From NCBI GenBank assembly GCA_012295275.1, contig CM022666.1, positions 7,130,001 through 7,194,000 on the forward strand: a stretch of 64,000 nt of DNA, read 5' to 3'. Positions 36,523-53,269 of this stretch are shown here, piece by piece. This stretch comes from Chrysomallon squamiferum. Its lineage: Eukaryota; Animalia; Mollusca. Every line of letters begins with the position of its first letter. The first letter of the stretch is position 1. Below the pieces are notes generated by a model. That model was not told the DNA's origin and searched no databases. It saw nothing but the letters and a program-made list of their open reading frames with translations. The translations under genes were made by a program, and so were the position numbers.

Positions 36523-38257
36523 AAAAATAAAATAAAATAAAAAGTCTATTCCACAAATAATCAAAAAATAAAATAACATTGGTACTACGTCATAAGTGTC
36601 AAGTTCTGACGTTGGAAACTTGTAAACGGGTATACGTGGACGTTTATTAAGTGACACGTTTCCGGTGACGTTTTCTACCAATCTTTGCAAACATAAAAAG
36701 TGCGTGAAGGCTTATTAAGTGATAATTAATTTCGCACTTACAACATTTAGACTTAATTTCTTATAAAAGGCTGTTACGGTTCAAGACTAATTCCTTCTCG
36801 ATGAATTTCCGATTCTTTGAGACAGACGACATCAGAAGTGTTCTGTAAGTAAGAAATTTAGGAATGATAATCTGACGGGATATGTGAATGAGAGAAAGGT
36901 CAGAGAGATAGCGGTGCTCTACTAGGTTCCATTAATGAAAATTATAATTTGACGTTTTTTTTTTTTTTTTTTTTTTTTTTTTGTAAAGGGTGCACCTATA
37001 TTTTTTAATTATTATTTGAAAATGGCATTAGCCTTACAGGGTTTCACTGTCATTTAAAATTCAGTTGTTTTACGATTTCAGGACAATTCGTGATAAAGCC
37101 ATTATCAATGGCAGCTGATTTGGACGTTGATAGACATTTTCTATCTTTGTAATGCTGTGTATGATTATATTTATATTTTGTGTTAAATAAAATACGATAT
37201 ATATACAAAATTAAATAATGAATGTAAATAATAATAATAATAGTAGTAGTAGTAGTAATAATAATAATAATAATTAATAATAAAGATTTAGTCGGAAACA
37301 GTTGGTCTCTCGAGGAGTCAAAACTTCAGAAATTTTTCTATAGATATATATATATATATATAAACACTGCAAACCCCCCCAAGTCCCAAAAATCATTAAC
37401 AACAAAAACAAAACAAAAGATCACCACTACAACACAGTAAACAAGAAGAAAAACAAAAACCACTCCGCGCCCCCCCCAAAAAAAAATTCGTCTCCATTTT
37501 CAGATTCAAGTATAAAATTGTTGCTTCTTTTCACTTTGCAGATTATTCTATAGCAGTTACTACTATTTTTATAATGTTATTTAATAACATTTAACACATC
37601 AGTCATAAAATACTCGGTATCAGAACAAACAATTCTTAAGTTTATTTCGAACCATGGTTCCCAGCCTTTTCGTCACCTCTGACCCAGTTTATTTAAATAC
37701 ATCCGAGACCTCTGGAAGGTCAGTTTACTCAATAAGTTGATTTTAACACCAATAAAAAGAGCTCCGAACGACTGAATATACTATTAAAGACACCTGAATT
37801 TTTTAAAGTTTATCAACCTTGTAAGTAATTATACTTTTTCACTCTGCATTTTGTCATAGAATTTGGAACGTACCGCATGGACCGGTAATACTGCTTTTCT
37901 GAAATCTCACAATTATTGGAAATATCGTACTGCGGAAATCGAAATTTCGTTTCTTAATACCAATGACCTTCACCAATCGTGGATAATGTTTCCGTTTTAA
38001 AGCGTCATGTACTATATTAATATAGTGGTGTAGTTTCTACGTCATCATGTTTGAATCAGATTGTCTGGAAATATTAAAGATTAAAATAAATAAATGAACA
38101 GAGAATATAATACTATGCCATAACACATATGTTTAATTAAATATTGTCTCTTAATTTTTCGCAATTAATTTTTATTTTCATCTCTAAATCAAAATAAATA
38201 ATAAATAAATAAATAAATAAATAAATAATAACATAAAACCTACTAGGTACGTATAAA

Positions 38258-38288
<31 letters not shown>

Positions 38289-39129
38289 TTTTTAATTTGT
38301 AATGAAGATCACCCGAAATAAAGGAGGAAATAAAACAAAACAACATAACACAAAAAAAAAAACACAAAAAAAACCCAGGTGAAAACAAGCTATGAGTTCT
38401 CCCGGAAAAAGTTCGAACTCATCGGAAAACGACAGTTCATCAAAGTAACGTTTAATTTTGTTATTGCTAAAATAATTTATAATGTGAAGAAAAATACAGT
38501 AATCACTGTTAACATCATTATCTGCAACCTTTAATTGGCTTGCTGAGTGCAATTTAAACTGATCAAGTACTTTCAGTTCTATATATTATCAACCTGTGTC
38601 GGTTTTCGCATTTATAAATGAATGCATATGCTCGTACACTGTGATATATTTGTAATATAAAATAGAGGGAAATAAATATTCATACACGATGGTTGCAGTT
38701 TCCAAAATTACAGTCTGTAATTATGTTCAAATTTTAATAATAAATATAATACAAATTATGAGCTGTTGTTAAAGTAAACACTAGGCTAGGCAATTAGCTG
38801 TATAGAAAATGACTTCAGGGACTGTTATCAAAATATAATTGTTTTATAATACACATATTGTAAGAAGTACATTTTAATGACTTTAGTTAATCAACAGGGT
38901 TATAAAGTAAAGTTCAGTAATTATAATTTATGTGATTTATTCATCTTGTATTGTCAAATAGTGTAATTAAAAGATTAACATTCAGAGGCATAATTCTACA
39001 CAAAATATTGCTTAAAATTGTTTACATTCAAAGAGGAAAAGGGCTTTCCAATATAAATAACATAGATCTATTATTTAAAAAAAAATAATATTGATAAAAA
39101 AAAAAAAAATAAATAATGATAAATAAATA

Positions 39130-39185
<56 letters not shown>

Positions 39186-39299
39186 TAAATAAATAAATAA
39201 AAAATAAAATCTGGTCTCCAAGAAAAAATATTTTAAGTGGTTTTTTTTTAGCAGTTATGACCTTTGGTACTTTATTTTACTGTTTTCAAGATACAATTT

Positions 39300-39335
<36 letters not shown>

Positions 39336-39387
39336 ACTCATTCACTCACTCACTCATTTTATATTTGAATTTTTTAACAGAGCAGAC

Positions 39388-42300
39388 ATGCCAAGTGTGG
39401 ATGAAACATTTGAGAAGCTGCTGCTTGCTGCAGATGTTGAGTACGCACAGTGTGACATCCACAAAGATGAAATGATGATAAAAACTGTTGCCTGTATAAC
39501 CTGTCAGGTGTTGGTGTGTCCGCTTTGTCTGTGTAGCAACCATCAGGATCACGAAGTGATCAGTCTCGTCAAACTTCGAGAATGTAAATCACTGAGAGTA
39601 AGTTTGTCTGTACGTCTGTGAAAGTGTGTGTTTGTGTATATTTGTGTATATGTACGTCTATCTATTTCTCTCTGTGTCTGTCTGTCTATCTATATATTTA
39701 TATATCTCTCTCTATATTTATACATATATGTGTGTGTGTGTGTGTAATGTGTGTATGTATGTGTTTTATTTCATTTTAATTTATTTATTTATTTATTTAT
39801 TTATGTTGTTTTTTTGTTTTTCAGAGTAAACTTGATGATGATCTCAACACACTTCAGGTTTTACAAGAGCGACTTAAAAATCAACTTCAGAACAGGAAGG
39901 AACTGATTGTGACTATAGAGGTAACCTTTTTGTTTGGGTGACTTTAGGGTGGGGTGTGGTGATGACAGTTTGTTTATTCTCAAGTTGTGTGATTTGATTT
40001 AGACATCATTGGGGCATACTAACTGTAAATCTAGTTTACTGCTTAAATCTCCAGATTACTGTATTCCAACATTGGAACAATTATTTTTCAGAGTTTCAAG
40101 TATATTATCAAAAAAAAAAAAAAAAAACAGATGTTTTATGAAAATTGTGAAAAATGTTGTTATTAACCTGTCTTAGATTTTATTTTGTTTTATGTTTTAT
40201 AGGAATCCTCAAAAGAACTGACAACAGAGTTAAACAAAGCATTTGATAAGCTACAGGCCATTATTTCAGGTAACTGTCTGTCTTGGTGCGTGATTTCTCT
40301 GTTAGATTAAAGCTTACTTAAAGTTGTGTAAACAACTGGGATAAATAAATTGTATAGATTTACATGTAGTATTTTGTTCACATCTCATTAAAGTCCATGT
40401 TCGTAACGAATAATCTAAATAGAATTTTAAACTTATTAATAACTGTCCCATTTTTCTCACTAAACTTTTATTTTTAATGCCACGTATTTCAACCAAGACA
40501 TGAACATAAAAATATTTCATATACAGATCAGTGCATTCTCTTGTTGTTGTTTTTTTGTTTAATTATACCATCTGTTGTTAATAATCAAAAATGCAAATTT
40601 TACAATATAAATCCACAGAAATGTGTGTAAGTAGGCATTTTCCTTTTCTCATGATATCTGTTTAAACACAGAAATAATAAATTATTATCTTAGATGAGAA
40701 ACATACTATGAAGAAACTTATTTTGTAGACAGAAATGAAAAAAAAAAACAACAACAAAAGTCTTAGTAAATTACTATTTATTTTTAGACAAGAAAGAGGA
40801 AATAAACAAACATATCCTCGCATTCACTGACAAACATCTGCAGACCATCAGAGAGGAGATAACTCTGTTGGAACAACGATATACCAACTCTACTCGGATG
40901 ATACAGAAAGTTGTTTCATTCTCAACTAACAAGATGGGATCTTTGTTGAAAGAATCACAGACTCTGCCAGAACAGTGAATCACAATAACTTTATTATTAT
41001 TATTATTATTAGTGGTACCGAACCATTTAGCTGGCTTCCAGAGATCATGAAAATCTGTTAAACTGACTATTTTAAATTAAAGATCAACAGACCCTGCTTT
41101 ATCAATATAATTATTTTTATCGGTTAAATGCAGTTTCATTCTTTATTTTTTAGTTGTTTGTTTCATACTTTAATCAAATGTTTTGCCTGTATCCAGGAAT
41201 CTGGACCATCTTGCTGGATAAATGGTTACTACTACTGCTATTATTATTATTATTTTTTAATTATGGTAATTATTGTAATTATTATTTGTTTTAATTTGTA
41301 TTTTTTAATATGTTAATTTAAAATGTATATCTATTTTTTTTAAATTTTTAAAAATTGCCTATTCAAAAGAGCCAAAAACAGTTAATAAATTAATATTTCA
41401 TTTTCTTTTTAATTTGTTTTATTTTAATAATTAATTTTGTTTTTATTTTTAGGTTGAAAATGACTCTAAAAGAATCACAGCTACTGAAACAACTTGACTC
41501 GTCAGACTCACTGATTCCGGGCAAAAAATTTGCCAAAGTTATTCCGTCCCTCGAGGCTCTTTGCAACATCTGTCAAACCATGCATCCCGAAGGTAACCAC
41601 GACAACAGGATCTGTAATCAGTAGACTCGGGATTGGGTGGTGGTGGGAGGCAATAAAGTGTGAAGTAGCTGTGAATTAAAAACATACGGAATATTTTATG
41701 TTCAGAATTTAAAACGACTTAGATTTCTTTACTGATGAAATATAATTTTTCTTAAGTTCAAAAAAACAGTCCAAATATGTCTGGGTTAGGTGAAAATATC
41801 TTAAATTGTTATTATCAGATCAGAGCCAATAGGTTTAAATTGAAATAAAAAATTCTTATTTATATGTCTGTTTTGGTTTTGTATTGTTATTTCAATTCAG
41901 TTTGCATATAAAACTTAAAATATACAAAATTAATATTAAATACTTTTGACAATTAACACAGTCAGTGTCATGGTAGCTATGACACTCCATCAAAGAAATT
42001 TATTTTGTAAAAATTAAAAAGATGATTTCCAAGATTAAAATTATGGATGTCTTTCTCACAAGCATGTAAATACAATAAACCGTAATGCACCCCACCAAAC
42101 TATAAAATCTTGATAGCAATTTTCAGTTTCATTGTTACTCATTTCTATTTGATTTTGATTTTAGAAACTTTTCTATTTCCTCCCATTCTTTTCATTTGTT
42201 CTTCAGTTGTTTTGTCGTGACTTTTTTTGCATTCATTTTTTTCATCCTGTTTTTTTTTTCATTTACTCTGTTCCAGCCACTAAGGTCATTTGGTCAAAAG

Positions 42301-42670
42301 TTCCGCCAGAGAAGAAGCGCCATCTTGACCACAGTGATAGCAGACTCTCAGATGGAAGTGATTCCGAAGGTCTGTTACCTCTTTATCCAGCTCATTTTAA
42401 GTCAGAATGGGACAAAATGCTGCAAAATAAAATTATTGTGATAAAAATTAAGTTATAAGATGGTATCATTTGCAGTTGAAATAACCAGATACATTCATTG
42501 TTGTCTAGATTTTTTTTTTTTTTTTTTTTCCAGGTGTGAGGCGAAAACGAGGTAGGCCTTATATGACGATGCCAAAACGTAAAGCTGATAGATCTCCAGT
42601 GAGTGCAGCCGCCTTGCCAGTCAATGGAGTCACAGACAGTCCAGTCTTGCTGAATTCCAGTTTAAATTAG
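39388..42670 (+). CDS. RING-less TRIM-like protein: B-box zinc finger, coiled coil, C-terminal basic/AT-hook-like tail; 309 aa, 7 coding exons
   Basis: Exons 39388-39597, 39825-39920, 40203-40269, 40788-40974, 41453-41592, 42277-42369 and 42534-42670 join in frame with GT-AG. B-box CDIH...CITCQVLVCPLCLCSNHQDH; heptad-rich helical middle; RRKRGRP in the last exon. Possible non-coding 5' exons end at GTAAGT donors 36845 and 37821. Confidence 0.85.
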
Positions 42671-45600
42671 ATGACTTTGACTTCTGAAGATAATTGTATT
42701 TTTAATTTCTTCAAATATAGAGAAAAGAAAAAAAAAAAAAAAAAAAAAGAATGTGTATCTAATTTTGGAGATATCTTTGAACATAATGAGCAGCAAAATC
42801 AATTTTTATACTATTTTTAAATTATATTTTGATGGTTTAAAAATTTTTGGGGGTACCATAAATAATGTTTTTTCAGGGAAATTGGAAGTTAGTTTTGTAA
42901 CAAAGGGACTGACAGACACAGGAATTAATAGTCATACATTTTTTTATTTTTTTATTTATTTTTTTTATCTCTGTTGATGAAAATCTAACTGGTATGTTCT
43001 GCAAACATATTTTTAATTTGCTCATTATATTTTGTGATAAGACAAAACTTTTTATAGTAGAAAAATCTGGCAGAAAGGAGAGTGTTACTGAAATGTTTGG
43101 TAGAATATAGAACTGGATCAGAATATAAGATTTCATTTTTGTTTCATGTCACTGGCTTCACATTTTAGATGAAAATTAACTCTTATTTAATTTTTTTTTT
43201 TTTTTTAATGCTATAAAACTGAAGCAGCAAAAAAAAGAGAGGAGAGTATGTGTTAAGAAATTATGTAGGTTTGAGCCATGTCATTAATCAAATAGTTGTA
43301 GTTATGTAAACTTATATGCTAGGTCAAATAGATGAAATGGATTTGGTTTTGAAAGCTTGTGACTCCATTTGTATCAAGTAATCAGAAAGGGGTGTGGTTA
43401 TATAAATTTATCTTGTCAAGTATGCAGAAAATATGGGTGTTTTTATATAGAGTTTCTGGCAGCATTTACATTGTATAGTTATTCAAAAAGGGTTCTAGTT
43501 ATTTAATTTGTGTGTTGTGTTAAGTATGAAATGGGCAGATGTCTGGCAGCATTTGTATCATGTAATTAATCAAAAACGGGAACATTTATAAATTTTCATT
43601 TTGTACCAAACAGACAGAAACAATTGGGTGTGGTGATATCAGTTTGTGACAGCATTTCTGTCGCGTAATCATGTCCTGTAAAGTAGAAATAGGTGTGTTT
43701 ATATAGATTTCTGCCAGCTTTTTGTATTCGTTTCAGATGGAGATATAGTTAGTTAATATATAATGTTTTGACAAGCAGGCTTATGTAAATACAGGCAGAT
43801 GTGAGTCACATCAAACTGCGGTATTTTTAGAAACTGGTAAAGGAAGTTAGTTACCTGGTTGTGTGGAACTGTGCTTACAGATTTAACTCTTTCAGACTTC
43901 TTACATTTGTGGGGAAAAAAAATCAGGAGTAAATACTGCAGTGGTGCATTGGCAGAAAGTTTCATTTTACAGAGCTGACTGGAAATCTGGAATATTCCAT
44001 ACTAAAATCACAACAGGTTATTATGTACTAAATTCTCAGGGTGTGAATGCAGTAGTACAACATAGTTACTAGATCAAGCAGTAGATTTTAAGAGAGACAG
44101 TTGTATTATTTTTAATCCTGAAAGTGCTATGCGTTTTCTACTCTCATATATTTTAGCTAGTAAAACTGAAAGGTTTGCACACCGATTTATATGATGACTA
44201 GATTGAAAGGTGTGGTTGTGGTGTAGTGTATCTACTAATGGTATATATAGTGTATGTGATTTTAAGTGTATACTTGTTATATTGGTGGGAGTATGCATAG
44301 CATGTTAGGTGGGAAGTGGCTAGAACAGTGTTTATAAAATAATATATTGAAAGATAATCTAATGTGCTCAAACGTACACAGTCGCAGACATATGTAATAA
44401 TATATTTTTACATTAGATTAGATACATAATATATAAATTTATATATACATTATATGATGCAGTAACATACATTAATACATGTACATGCATATCTTCATAC
44501 ATTACACATGCATATATACATTTGTGTATATTTCTACAAAATATGATATCCATTTTGTTACATAGATTCGTATATATTACTAACACATACACCTTTATAT
44601 ATTATATATACTTATATTAATTTTTACCTTTCATAAAATAGAGACAACATATATACGTACACACCTGCCCATGGTGAATTGAATACAAACTGAAAACAGA
44701 TGTAAAAAGCAAAATAATATATTAATAAAATATGTAACAAAATATAACCTAGTTTATTTTGATTATGTTATGATAAGTATTATGATCTTATATTTTACAT
44801 GTGTACATCATTTTTATTTTCTTTGTGTGGAATATTTTTCATTTTCAAAGTATTATTGTTACTATTAATTTTTGTGTGTGTATATATATACACACACACC
44901 CTTTTTTTATTATTAATAACTTAGAACAAACTTACATTTTCATACTTTGAAATTCTTTTATGTTTGTTGTTACTGATAAAAAAAAATGAATGTTGTTACT
45001 TTAATTTCCACTTTATTTATATTATTATTTTTTCCACAATTTCATGCATCTCTACAACATTTTATATTTGAATTATTTTTAATAATATACATTAATAACA
45101 TAAACTGCATTGTGTATTCATTAACAGTTGTGTGTGTGTGTGTATTTTAATTTTTGTGTGTACTTTAATATCGCTGACCTCGGTTTTTCAAAAATGTTTC
45201 TGGGACATTTATAATAATTTGTGAGTTTTACATTAACAATTTTTTTAAATACTTTAATAACATCCATATTTCAAAAAACTTTTTCATATACCTGAATGAA
45301 CAGCTTTATGACTGTTCTTTTTTAAAAACTTGTTTACATATTTAATAGCTTCACAGTCAGTTACTTCAACAAAAACTACATTGTCCAATATAGACTGTGC
45401 TTGTTCTGTAATATTGAAACATACATTTATTTATTCATTTATCAGATTAGTGTTGATTTTATATAAAGAAAAATAAAAAATAAAATGAAGAGATTCTAAA
45501 TTAAGCATGTATGGTTAAATTAAAAAATAAAATGAAGAGATTCTAGATAATAGAAGTGTTTTTTATTTTGTTAAAATAATGACTGAACGATTCTTTTTTA

Positions 45601-47090
45601 CAGTCATGACAAAAATAACTGAGGGAAAAAATATAAAATGAAAAGAACATGTTTTAAAGTTTGATTGTTTTGATTGGATCATTGTTAACATTTTTATAAT
45701 TATTTTTGATATTATGATGTGAAAAATTTCTTTTACTGTTTTGTTAATTATTTTTGAATATGTAACATTCCAGATAATCATGATGAATGATATTAATTAA
45801 AAAAAAATTAAATTCATTAAAATTGTATGTAGTTTCCCAAATAATAATTTGTACAACATTTTTGAAGATTTATTTCTAATTAGTCAACTGAATGGTTTTG
45901 TAAGAATTATGCTACATAACATCAAATTAACTTGTTTATAAAATATAAAATCCACATTTAATACATGTACAAATGTTCAATCAATGTTTAATTGGCTTTT
46001 TTTTTTTTGTCTTTCTTTTGTTTTTTTAGTATACAAAATTCCTAAATTCCTCTGAGAATTAATATCTGCATATTTTGTTAACATTTCTTTCCTGAAATTT
46101 CACACATGTAAATATATATTCAAGATTTAATTTTGTTTCACTGTACTCAGTTAATAATAGTTCATGTTTCACTATGTCTAGAATTTCTTGTAGTTATAAC
46201 ATTTGAGACATAGTTTTTGAAAAGTTTTAACGTATTTACATCTTTTTGCCATTTTTAACTTTTTTTCATATTTTTTTTTTTGTATTAACATTGTATTAAC
46301 TCAATTACTGACATATATAGATATTATTTTAATATTTGATTGTTATGTAAAACAAACTTTATTAAGAACAAAAAACACCACCACCATAACAAAGGTACTT
46401 ATTATTTGTAATAAGTAATTAAATAAATGCCATGTAATTGTATTGAAACATGTAAAGAGTCAAGTATGGTCTACATGGTCTTGGGTTCAAGCCCTACTCT
46501 TAGCATTCTGGGCAGGAAACCCAGGGATTATAAAACATTAATGAAAATATTTTTGAACTGTCATTTAAGAATAAAGATATTTATATAAAGGTTTATTCTG
46601 ATCCGTTTTAAAACAATATGAAACTTCAAATGTATAATAATAATGCAACAATATTTAAATCATAATTGCATGTAGAAAAAACCTAACTCCAAGACTAGAG
46701 CAAGATTTTGTTAAACGAAATTGTTTTTTGAATACAGTGATGTATATATATTTGTAAAGTGATGTCGATTTTTAATTTTTTCTTTGTATTAAACAAAGTT
46801 GCCTATTAAAAAATGTTCATTACTACTTATTTGTTTTGGATTATTATTACAATTATCTTCGGTAATTTCATCAGTGGACTCTGTTTTCATCATGTTAATA
46901 CAAGGACAACAACGATATTAAAACTGAGCCTGTATGTTGATAATAACATCTTTAATGATGTACAAAACCGTATTTTAGCAAATTCTGTTACTTGAAATGT
47001 TTTGGTTGGTGTTTTCAAGAATTGTTGGAAATAGAAACAAAACAGATAAAAGAACACCGTGTACAAACATATTCGTATTTTGGATACATT

Positions 47091-48307
47091 ATGACGAGTT
47101 TTAAAATTAGACCAGCAGAAATTGGTGATTGTGAGGATATCTTTCACATGAGCGAGGTAAAATGTATTTCACGTTTGTAAATTATGTATTAGATGCACAC
47201 CGAACAAAATCGGATCGTTTGTGTATTTCTATCCGTTCTATTCAGAGCACTATGGATCAGACGGTAGCATGATACAACTTGTCATGGAATATAAGAATAA
47301 TGAAATTTATTAATAGACTATGTAATAGTTTTCATTAACAAACAGTTGTGAAAGTAACTTGCAGTAAATATTTACAATTATATATAAAGAATTATAATTC
47401 ATTTGAAACCAGTGCGAGTATGTAACATTTTTATGAAATGACGTCACCCCAGCCCCTTTTGCGTAACTTTTTCACGGAATAACAAGTTACGTTTTGTAAT
47501 CAAGATCCAGGAAGACATTACGTAATTTTATTGGTAGTATTTATGAAATAAGTTACTGTGTGTGTGCGTGTGCGTGTGTGTGCTACTATATAAATCAGCA
47601 TCCGTACACTTTCTTAAAAATGTATTATTTTATTGTATTCTTTGTATTAGAATAAAGTTAATGGTTGAAGAAAATAAACGAACAGCACGGAAATACATAA
47701 TTTGTAATCATGCCGTTTTATTTCCGAACATTGCAGGTGTATTGTAATAATGTCACGTCTTTTGTGAAGGAGACTATTTCGAAACCGGACTCTTTTTGGT
47801 CATAGATGTTTCCGAAAGCCAATTAAATATCTCTATATTTATAATTAGTGAAAACACCGTGAACAGAATTTATCAATAAATTTATCGGTTATAGGAAAAA
47901 ATGTTCTATTAAGCTGAGGCGTATTCTTTTCGGTAGGTCACGTTAATCATTACGGTCATTTACTCACATCTGTACATATCCTTATTAATTGGTGATTATA
48001 TTGTTATGAGATGAAATATTAATAAATAGAATCTTAAAAAATGATTTAATAATTATTTTCTTTAACTGATATTAATGCAGGATCTGAATATTCAGGAGAA
48101 AGCACCAGGATCATCACAATTTGTTTCTGTGGAAGGTAAAATTACATTTTTGTTGTTGTGAAGATCAAATCTCTGATTGTCTGTCTGTCTGTCTGTCTCT
48201 TCCTCTATTTCTGTATTTCTCTCTCCTTATTTTATTCTCTCTCTGTCTCTCGCTCTGTTTCTCTCTCACTTTTTTCGCTCACTTTTCTGTTAATCCCGTT
48301 CTTGCTT

Positions 48308-48396
<89 letters not shown>

Positions 48397-49180
48397 ATAT
48401 ATAGGTAACTAAATAAGTACCGTAACGTAATTATTTTATTTTACAGCTCTTAAGAGAGATGGATTTGGAAATGAAAAGTTCTTTCATGGGATTGTCGCCG
48501 AAGAAGGTTTGTAAAAATTAATAATAATCATCATAATAATAATAATAATAAATAGTTTACTGATTTTATAAAATAATAATAAAACAAGTTAAGTACCAGT
48601 GAAGATAACGAAAGGAAAATTCAGAAACACTTCAACTATACCCAGATTTCTAGATTTCAAATGACATTTTCTATGACTGAAATTCTCTTCTCTCTGAACT
48701 AACAGTGCCTGGAACTTCACCGCTCTCGAGTAATTCTCCGAGACATTCAGTGAATCTGACGTCATCATCGTCAAAAAGTTCCACGACGGAAATGGCCAAT
48801 CAGAGTACGCGTCAATCGATGGATGTATCAGCCAAACAGAATGCACTACTAGCCGTTGACGTCACGGCCAATCAAAGTGCGCAGCAGTCTGATGAGATCG
48901 CATCCAATCAAAGGACGCGTTTGTTGGGCTATTCATTGTATTCTTTCTCTTTTGCAACTTACGGGCCAGGTCGAGTTTTATCATTAATAGATCTGTATGT
49001 TCGCGAAGATCGCAGACGTCAGGGAATTGGAAAAGCCTTGTTTAAAGACTTAGCTAGGGTGGGTAACTCGTTACGTTCTTCTCTTCCAGTTTAAACTCTG
49101 TCTTAATAGTTTTGTAAAGAAGAACCAACACCTCCACCGTAACTTCTACTACAACTTCAGCACCACTACTACTGCTGTTG

Positions 49181-49222
<42 letters not shown>

Positions 49223-49682
49223 TTTACTGCTACTACTACCAGTGCCATAACTATTACTATTGTTACAACTACTGTTACTACAGCTAGTGCTACTACAGCT
49301 ACTACTGCTATTACTACTACTACTGCTGACACAACTGCTACTACTTTTTCTACTACTACTACTACTACTGCTATTGCCTCAACTCTATTACTACCACTAC
49401 CACTACTTCTGCTGCTTCTACTACTATTACAGTCATCACTAATGTTAACACCACCTACTGATAATAATGGCGTTGTTGCTGCTGCCCGCTGCTACTAATA
49501 TTTTTATAATTTTACAGGTTTCTTTGTCAAAAAATTGTCAGGAGATGACGTGGCATGCTTTCAGCTGGAACAAAGGAGCAATCGACTTTTACAAGATTTT
49601 AGGAGCAGTTGACGTCACAACCAGCCTCGCTCTGAATAGTTTTTCCATTGAACACAAAGAAATGTCCAAACTGGTTACCTAA
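47091..49682 (+). CDS. Diamine/thialysine N-acetyltransferase-like GNAT (SAT1/SAT2 family), paralog A, 232 aa with a ~60-aa insertion
   Basis: Exons 47091-47156, 48081-48135, 48447-48506, 48706-49058, 49518-49682. MTSFKIRPAEIGDCEDI, LKRDGFG, DLYVREDRRRQGIGKAL (acetyl-CoA motif A), WNKGAIDFY. Confidence 0.9.
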
Positions 49683-49782
49683 TGCAGTGATACCAAAGTT
49701 TTATTATTTCAAATTGATTTTAAATACATATTTTGTTTTATTTTAAATGCTTTGTGTTTTATTCTTGCTGCTGCTGCTGCTG

Positions 49783-49849
<67 letters not shown>

Positions 49850-49991
49850 AAATAATAATAATAATAACAACAAACAAAAATACCTCTTAAATATTTAAAA
49901 AAAAAGATTTATTTTAAACATTTTGTACATACATCCAAAACAATTATATATATATATTTTTTTAATAATTATTTGTTTTAAAGAAAAAGAG

Positions 49992-50066
<75 letters not shown>

Positions 50067-50440
50067 ATTAAAGCAATCAAAAAATAATTTTTGAGATCAT
50101 TAATTTTAATTTTATGTGAACCTTGAAGCCCTGAATACAATGGAATATTAACAAATCCAGTGTATATATAAATTTTATTCTTGGAACACGAACAGAGACA
50201 CATACCCACACACACCCACAAAGAAATAATTTTAATTATTCTAGAAAAGTTTCACCGTTTTAACTGTTTGATTAGCTCTGGGTTATTTCTTTTGTAAAGG
50301 GAAGATAACTCCGTTTTATGATTTTTTTTTGCACTGTTCCTATTGCATTTAAATACAGTTATAAAACTGTTGAATACTGATTGATTTTCAATACTCAGCA
50401 TGAAATAATCTTCGAAAAAAAAAAAAAGAAAAATAAAATG

Positions 50441-50495
<55 letters not shown>

Positions 50496-50548
50496 ACAGA
50501 AAGAAAGTAAAGGGATAAAAAAGGAAAAAAGAGTTGTAATTATTATGC

Positions 50549-52326
<1,778 letters not shown>

Positions 52327-52939
52327 TTTTGTAGCGACTAGATTTAACAGAGTTATTTCCCTTACATAAAAGTCGGTTAATGTGTCAGATAAACACCTCT
52401 ATTAATAGAAAGGGTGTGATATAAAAGTGGCGAATAACACTTCCTTTTGTCATATTGTAGTAAATAATATTGATAAAAAGAAAAAGAAAAAAAAAAAAAA
52501 AAAGTAAAAAGAAGAAGAAATAATTAGAACGTAAAAGAAAAAGATGAAGAAGAAGAAGCAGAAAATGAAATACAATATGTGGGGCGGATTGTCATAAATT
52601 CGTTTGCGAATTACTTTCATTTATATTCTTAAAAAAAAAAAAAAAAAAAGAAAAAGAAAAAAGAAATTCCACTTCATTTTAATAGTTTTCTTTGGCAACA
52701 GATGCACTCATTATTCAAACAACTACGACATAGGCAGTAAAAATAACAGAAGCAACAATAAGAAGCAGCAGCAAAAACATTAATACAACAACAACAACAG
52801 CGACAAAAATAATATTCCTAGATATATTAATGAAAACACACACAAAAAAAAAAAAAAAACAACAACAGTCCAAATAAAAAAAAAAAAAAAAAATAAAAAA
52901 TAAATAAAAAATAAATTAATAAATAAAAATAATACCAAA

Positions 52940-53013
<74 letters not shown>

Positions 53014-53104
53014 CTTTTGCTTTATCTAACAAAGGGTGTACTGAACTTGCAATAAAGCTACCCGATGACTAATATAGTACTTAGCTGTTGATAACAGACA
53101 CATC

Positions 53105-53120
53105 TGACGTCACAAGGTCA
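53105..53120. promoter_or_regulatory. CRE palindrome (TGACGTCA) adjacent to an AAGGTCA nuclear-receptor half-site in the divergent SAT-B/CYP intergenic region
   Basis: TGACGTCACAAGGTCA read directly. Function is inferred only. Confidence 0.35.
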
Positions 53121-53209
53121 AGCCAGTACAGGCTTTTTATTAGCTAATACACAGGTGACTCTGTACTTGACAATAATTCAATTATAATATGCGAATGAAA
53201 TGATCAAAA

Positions 53210-53269
<60 letters not shown>

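Noticed and set aside
46465-46530. tRNA-like B-box (GGTTCAAGCC)
   Set aside because: No cloverleaf can be built. At most a decayed tRNA-derived SINE head.
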